A stretch of DNA of 5,033 nucleotides from Octopus sinensis (lineage: Eukaryota). Positions 1 to 5,033 of this stretch are shown in pieces (position 1 is the stretch's first letter; each line of letters starts with the position of its first letter). The position numbers were made by a program, and so were the translations under genes. Under the pieces are notes generated by a model. It did not search any database, was not told the origin of the DNA, and worked only from the letters and a program-made list of their open reading frames with translations. The DNA lies in contig NW_021830283.1 of assembly GCF_006345805.1 (NCBI RefSeq), positions 1-5,033 on the forward strand. The letters run 5' to 3'.

Positions 1-543
1 AATATATTATTCTACAAATGTCGTTAGGAATATACTCCAAAGCATCGGCAAGAACAGAGGAGCTTTTTATTAGATTACAAATATGATTCCTGTTATGAGT
101 ATATTAAATGCCCATCGTATTCAAACTGGTATTCAACTCTTAATCAAAAGAGACAAGTTTAGACATAATGGATGGAGATCAATGAACAGTGAAGCTCAAA
201 TAAACTTGAAGCATACATAGGGTCGGCCATTGCGAATTTTAATCAAGCGTGAATTCTTCAATGCAACTATATTGAGCTTTTGTTAAGTTTGTCAAACCGA
301 TCATCAGAAATTTACAATAGAAAGTCAATGGATTATAAGAAAGAGCGAAACATCTCGGGAATAAACTGCTTATTTATCAATAAAGTATCAGAAATGTTAC
401 CGAAAATATTATTTAACATTCTGTTATAAACTGAAAGTTTATTAATGGACTTTGAAAATAGTTAAGACATTATTGTATTCCCAAGAGTTAGATGCAGAAG
501 AAACATAAACATTTATAAAATGAACAGTTCTCTTAAATTTTAG
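1..543 (+). mobile_element. Decayed Penelope-like retroelement remnant (linker plus GIY-YIG endonuclease C-terminal region), with many stops and frameshifts
   Basis: Manual translation gives colinear motifs across frames: IYYSTNVVRNILQSI (frame 2, from 2), SCYEYIKCP (frame 1, 88-114), EAYIGSA (frame 1, YIG at 214-222), NATILS (frame 2, 260-277), WIIRKS (frame 2, from 329) and TESLLMDFENS*DIIVFPRVRCRRNINIYK (frame 1, from 430). This order matches the recalled Penelope-type C-terminus: SYS..N, C..CP, YIG, NST.LS, W.I..K, CL.E.L.I, CRH. Identity is low and no alignment was run. Confidence 0.45.
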
Positions 544-567
544 AGAAATATTTACGATCGCAATGTA

Positions 568-607
568 AACATACATATACAAATAAGTATATGTATATAT
601 ATGTATG

Positions 608-655
<48 letters not shown>

Positions 656-730
656 GTGTGTATAGATATATATGCGTGTTTGTATGTATGCGTTTATGTA
701 TGCGTGTATGTATGGGTGTATATATGTCTA
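568..730. repeat. Compound microsatellite (TA)n / (TG)n / (TATG)n
   Basis: Directly visible: pure TA run at about 614-644, then a TG run, then degenerate TATG/TGCG units. Confidence 0.95.
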
Positions 731-797
731 TATGCTGAATAAGTGCTTGTACCCATGCAAAGGCTTATATTTTATACGCACACATTTGTGACTGCGA

Positions 798-828
798 ATA
801 TATAGATTACATATATATATATATATAT

Positions 829-879
<51 letters not shown>

Positions 880-1021
880 TATATACACGGACACAGGCAC
901 GCATGAACTCACGCAAACAAAAATATACACTCACACACACATACTCACGCGTAAACATACACACATACGCAATCGTACACACTCATATGCACACACACAT
1001 ATGTATATGTATATAAATATA
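798..1021. repeat. Compound microsatellite: (TA)n followed by a degenerate (CA)n tract
   Basis: Interrupted TA tract at about 810-885, then ACAC/ACGC-rich degenerate repeat to about 1020. Confidence 0.93.
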
Positions 1022-1024
1022 TTC

Positions 1025-1183
1025 GTTTACAACTATCAGTGTTCATTTACGGTGCCATAACGTAGCAGTTCGACAAACGGTTCCCATTGAATAAGTATCA
1101 GGTTAATAAAGAAATGTAGTGGGGGGATTGTTTTTTTAAATATCTCCATACTCCCGAATGTGATGAAAGAAAAAGAGCAAGAG
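1025..1183 (+). mobile_element. Degenerate 3' half of an octopus-type SINE
   Basis: The sequence TTTACGGTGCCATAACGTAGCAGTTCGACAAACGG...TTGAATAAGTATCAGG...GGGGGGATTG...GAAAGAAAAAGAGCAAGAG resembles the recalled octopus SINE 3' region (TTTACGTCCCCGTAACTTAGCGGTTCGGCAAAAGAGACCGATAGAATAAGTACTAGG...CTGGGGTCGATTTG...AAAAGAG tail). It ends in a purine-rich tail. The match is from memory only. Confidence 0.6.
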
Positions 1184-1211
1184 TATATATATATATATAC
1201 ATACATATATC

Positions 1212-1245
<34 letters not shown>

Positions 1246-1388
1246 ATATGTATACAAGTATATATATATATACAAACATACATACTTTGGTATATATATT
1301 ATAATATATACATACATACTTTATATATATATATATATTATATATATAATATATATATATAACATACATATACACACACATTCTACAC
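1184..1388. repeat. Compound microsatellite (TA)n / (CA)n / (CATA)n
   Basis: Directly visible interrupted TA runs with CA and CATA inserts. Confidence 0.95.
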
Positions 1389-1505
1389 AAATGTTTAGTT
1401 TCAATGAAAATAACATTACATTAATTTGAAGGGCTACATCATGTTTTTTGACTTATGATTTATTATTCTTTAACTGTCAAATCTACTCTTATTAAAGAAT
1501 AATGC

Positions 1506-1660
1506 ACTCACACACACACATGTATACGTGTATCTTCTATCTAGCTAGCTAGGTAGCTGTCTGTCTGTCTGTCTGTCTGTTTGTCTATCTATCCATCCAT
1601 CCATCTATCTATCCATCTATCTATCTATCTATCTTCTATCTACCTATCTATCTATCCAAC

Positions 1661-1725
<65 letters not shown>

Positions 1726-1817
1726 TATATATGTATTATGTGTGTGTGTATGTATGTATGTATGTATGTATGTATATTGTATGTATGTATGTATGTAAGT
1801 ATTATGTATGTATGTAT
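1506..1817. repeat. Compound microsatellite: (CA)n, (CTAG)3, (CTGT)6, (CTAT/CCAT)n, (AT)n, (TATG)n
   Basis: CTAG x3 at 1541-1552, CTGT x6 at 1557-1580, CTAT/CCAT at 1585-1660, uninterrupted AT run at about 1671-1717, GTAT/TATG units at about 1747-1817. Confidence 0.97.
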
Positions 1818-2274
1818 CGGATATATTATCTGTTCCTGTGTGTAGAACTATAGGCCTCTCGAAGGGACGTGCAGAATTTATATGTCCGAATAAAATAAGT
1901 TGGGTATCAGTCATATATGTTTACTAGACCAAAGCAAGCATGCGACCTGAATAGAAATTTGTAAAACATATCCCATATTGCATTGTCCCAGGTCAGTTCT
2001 GTAATATGAACAAAATATATCAGATTACGAAAAATATTAGTTGTTACTTTGAAAAATAACTGTCTTCTCAATCTAGTCAGCGTAACTAGTGACATCTAGA
2101 GATGAAGTTAGCAACACGTATCACGCATGATGCCTGGCACAAGATTCTAGATGCCAAGCAATCAAAATAAACGCCATTGTATTCGGAATTAATATCAATC
2201 ATATACGGCTCTATGTAGGGAAACAGGAGACATTATATATCTAGCAATCAATTTATCAATATCGTGAATAAGCT

Positions 2275-2285
2275 TGCGTGTTTGC

Positions 2286-2320
<35 letters not shown>

Positions 2321-2357
2321 CGTGTGTGTGTGTGTATTTGTGTGCGTATAGATGTAC

Positions 2358-2390
<33 letters not shown>

Positions 2391-2571
2391 ACAATATATG
2401 TACATATATACATAGTGACATACATGAGTGTGCCTATATATATATATGCACATATATAGATACATATACCTACAATATATGTACGCAAAGAGAAAGAGAG
2501 AAAGAGAGAGACGTTCATACATACACCTGTCTGTGTACACATGCATATTTGAGTAACTATACGTTTGCCTG

Positions 2572-2614
<43 letters not shown>

Positions 2615-2722
2615 ATATATATACATATATATATTCATGGGCATAGGTTTGAGTGTGGGTCGGTGAGTAATAATATATGTGTATGCGTTCGTGTGTACGC
2701 ATATACGAGATATCTGTATATG
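2275..2722. repeat. Compound microsatellite (TA)n / (TG)n with a short (GA)n tract
   Basis: TG runs at about 2301-2334 and 2584-2609, several TA runs, and an AGAGAAAGAGAG tract at about 2489-2511. Confidence 0.93.
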
Positions 2723-2961
2723 TTCATAAATTTGGCAACATAGAAATATCAATGAAGTGAAGCAGAGAGCCAATTTCATTTCTCGGTTGGAATGGCTTCA
2801 CTCCTGGCGCTAATGCACGGCAGAATAGGATGAAAGGCATCAAATCCTAATTTCTCCTTCGCCATTAAAATACAATACCACACATAATGAAGTATTCATG
2901 CGTTTGTTATATGGAAGGTAAACCGATACATCCACACGATTACACATACTTGCGCATAGGG

Positions 2962-3027
2962 ATGTATACATGTGTACTTGGTTAATATGTATGTGTATGT
3001 GTGTGTATATACACATATATATATATT

Positions 3028-3083
<56 letters not shown>

Positions 3084-3154
3084 ATAATATTATGTATATA
3101 TATGTATATATATAGGTATATATATGAATATATATATATGCATATATATATATG

Positions 3155-3224
<70 letters not shown>

Positions 3225-3420
3225 CTATATATATATATGCATATATGTATGTATGTGCATATGTGTGCACATGTGAGTATGTATTTATACTTGTATGTAT
3301 AATATATTATATATATAATATATATTATATATATAGATATACATTATATTAGTTACGCAGATGCATATATGTGTGGCCGTGTGTTGTTTGTGTGGCTGTT
3401 TGTGTCTACTGTGTGTGTAG
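2962..3420. repeat. Long interrupted (TA)n microsatellite with TG-rich flanks
   Basis: About 250 bp of near-continuous TA at about 3005-3245, flanked by TATG/TGTG degenerate units. A further A/T-only tract lies at about 3298-3335. Confidence 0.96.
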
Positions 3421-3572
3421 GCTAACATTATTGTGAGTCAGGGGGCGCCATTTCTGAGGCCTAAAATCGAACAGAGACGCCGTATTTCTCAACGCGCGCA
3501 AGAGCACATATGTTGAATATCATTTGAGATACGCAGAAGTGGATGAACACATCTAAAAGAAAACAGGGGACG

Positions 3573-3628
3573 TGCACACACACACTCATACACACGCCTA
3601 CACACACACAAGCACAAATACACACACA
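3573..3628. repeat. Degenerate (CA)n microsatellite
   Basis: Interrupted CACACA runs are directly visible. Confidence 0.85.
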
Positions 3629-3720
3629 TTTATGATTATGTTCCTTATAATAACTTTCCACTCATAGGATGACCCTTCTCACTGTGTATATAAACACCTA
3701 CTAGATACGTTATATGTACA

Positions 3721-3805
3721 TGTAGGCGTGGCTGGGTGGTAAGACGTTTGTTTCCCAACCACATCGTTTGGAGTTCAGTCCCACTCTGTGACATCTTTGT
3801 CAAGT
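3721..3805 (+). mobile_element. tRNA-derived SINE 5' head (3'-truncated), octopus-type, with a CORE-like start
   Basis: A-box-like TGGCTGGGTGG (3729-3739) and B-box-like AGTTCAGTCCC (3772-3782) have tRNA-like spacing. They are followed by TGTGACATCTTTGTCAAGT, which resembles the CORE-SINE motif TGTGACCTTGGGCAAGT. The whole segment is close to the recalled octopus SINE head GTGGCTGTGTGGTAAG..TTGCTTCCCAACCACATGGTTCCGGGTTCAGTCCCACTGCGTGGCACCTTGGGCAAGT. Confidence 0.8.
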
Positions 3806-4290
3806 TTCGGATATTCAATGTGAAAAGAGAAATTAATAAACATGCAGTCGAACAAAGAATTACATGAATTTAGAAATTAGAGTTGCTGTGGAACTTTCTT
3901 ATTGATCAGGTCACAATTTGAGTGATGAAAACTTTGATACGAAATAAGAAATGTTGAAAGAAATCTAACAATTTTTGTGATTTTGACTTGGTAATATGTG
4001 GCATTCACGCTGTCATAGACTTAATTTCAAAACACGGTGTCAGATGAAACCACGCATCAGGGAAGTATAACTCAGATAGTTCAATACTTCTTTATATACA
4101 ACATTTCAAGTTTTTCCGAACTTGGAGAATGCATAAAATTTGTTAGCCGGTCCCAGTCTAGAAGATTCTACATACAGATTAACTACAAGAAGCAGTATTT
4201 TTGTAATTAAAATTCAATAGTTTTGAGTGTTCGTCTTGTAAATTTATGGTCGCCATCACAACATAAAATTTAACTGGATATTTGATACGA
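3802..4290 (+). mobile_element. Decayed hAT-like transposase C-terminal fragment (dimerisation-domain region), non-functional
   Basis: Colinear fragments across frames: KFRIFNVKREINKHAVEQRIT*I*KLELLWNFL (frame 1, 3802-3900), HNLSDENFDTK (frame 3, from 3912), SITQIVQYFFIYNI, then QVFPNLENA (frame 3, 4107-4133), KIC*PVPV, and later RLVNL. These resemble the ZMYM1/Tip100-like hAT C-terminus pattern (F..I.D....SL..RF...F.FL; IL.Y.....FPNL..A..I.LT.PV; RL..L). The SAERSFS motif is not visible. Confidence 0.45.
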
Positions 4291-4659
4291 ATAAAAATAT
4301 CTCCTTAAGCGCGGCAATTAGTTTCAATTTGTGCCTCATTGACATGAATTATCGTTTCTTTTTTATTATCGTGCTTCCCTTGTAGAGCTTAGATGACACT
4401 AAAATTTTGAATAAACATTATAGGTGCTCCAGCTTTAAACTGAAATTTGTGACGAAGAGAATATCGCGGTTGAAAAAATTTAGAAATTCCCTTAAAGACT
4501 TAACAACTTTCTTTCGATCGATAAATTACTAATTGATTTCTAAATATTGTTATCCCATGGAATAATTTATTGAGTTTGTTTTTGCGTTGGTGAATTTGCC
4601 TGTCGCAGTTTAGTTCCAATATCGCGCATTCACATAAACATTTTTTTCTAAACAACTGA

Positions 4660-4895
4660 AATTATTAAGGTAGCAAGCTGGCAGAATCGTTAGAGTTCCA
4701 GGCAAAATGCTTAGCGTTATTTCATGTCTCTATACTGAGTTCAAATTCCGCCGCGGTCAGCTTTGCTTTTCATCCTTCGGGTTCGATAAAATAAGTATAT
4801 AGTTGAGCCCTGGGTTCTATGTAACCGACTTGCTCCCTCAGTCGAAATTGCTGTCGTGTATCAATATTCTGAAACCAGTAACAAGAATTATTAAG
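4660..4895 (+). repeat. 10-bp direct repeat AATTATTAAG (4660-4669 and 4886-4895) flanking the SINE; candidate target-site duplication
   Basis: Exact 10-bp match on both sides, extendable imperfectly to AACAACTGAAATTATTAAG (4651-4669) versus AACAAGAATTATTAAG (4880-4895). Confidence 0.6.
4669..4879 (+). mobile_element. Near full-length tRNA-derived SINE, octopus-type (a different family from the 3721 head)
   Basis: A-box-like TGGCAGAATCG (4679-4689) and B-box-like GAGTTCAAATTCC (4737-4749), a central CTTTGCTTTTCATCCTTCGGGTTCGATAAAATAAGTA domain, and an end at TGAAACCA. It follows the recalled octopus consensus GGCGGCGAGCTGGCAGAATCGTTAG...AAATGCTTAGCGGTATTTC...CTGAGTTCAAATTCCGCCGAGGTCGACTTTGCCTTTCATCC along its length. 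It is flanked by a direct repeat, AATTATTAAG. Confidence 0.85.
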
Positions 4896-5033
4896 TACTT
4901 TATCTTGTAACTTATTGAAATTTTCGACCATGAGCTGATTGTAAATAGAATAGCTCTGTTGACAGAATCCACAGCATCATTTCTTTGGCCAAGATTATGC
5001 ACGTTATGAGAATCTAAACCTGAATTACGATCA

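Noticed and set aside
82-220. Short plus-strand ORF beginning MIPVMSILNAHR
   Set aside because: It is under 50 aa with no homology recognised, and it lies in a different frame from the nearby C..CP and YIG motifs.
1907-2095. 62-aa minus-strand ORF in unique sequence
   Set aside because: It has no recognisable motif and its length is within chance expectation. The 1820-2270 island remains unexplained, and I could not support an exon or TE call.
2827-2839. AGGATGAAAGGCA, the reverse complement (12 of 13 bases) of TGCTTTTCATCCT at 4764-4776 in the SINE
   Set aside because: The flanks do not extend the match, so 13 bp is too short to call an inverted SINE fragment.
568-3628. Alternation of repeat blocks and unique spacers suggesting a CRISPR-like array
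   Set aside because: The repeats are variable simple microsatellites rather than constant 25-45 bp direct repeats, the spacers vary widely in length, there are no cas genes, and the context is eukaryotic.
728-3661. Repeat-overlapping ORFs in the supplied track (for example 2195-2779, 194 aa; 2264-2743, 159 aa; 2970-3302, 110 aa)
   Set aside because: They are translations of TA/CA/TG repeats giving YI, HT and CV runs. Dinucleotide repeats lack stop codons, so these ORFs are expected by chance, and they overlap on both strands.
3721-3790. Possible bona fide tRNA gene
   Set aside because: A and B boxes are present, but I could not build a convincing cloverleaf or acceptor stem, and the sequence continues into a CORE-like SINE motif.

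Overview
AT-rich eukaryotic non-coding DNA (intronic or intergenic). Roughly 40% of the window is compound TA/CA/TG/TATG/CTAT microsatellite. Nearly all ORFs in the supplied track are artefacts of translating these repeats (Y/I/C/V/H/T runs), and no intact protein-coding gene, RNA gene, CRISPR array or prokaryotic feature is supported. The unique-sequence islands look like old transposable-element debris. They are a near full-length tRNA-derived SINE flanked by a direct repeat (4669-4879), a SINE 5' head with Pol III A/B boxes (3721-3805), a probable SINE 3' half (about 1025-1183), a decayed Penelope-like GIY-YIG endonuclease remnant (1-543) and a decayed hAT-like transposase C-terminus (about 3802-4290). 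The SINEs and the microsatellite style resemble octopus (coleoid cephalopod) genomic DNA. That attribution and all family assignments come from my recollection of consensus sequences and have not been checked by any search. I do not see evidence for a novel biological system here.
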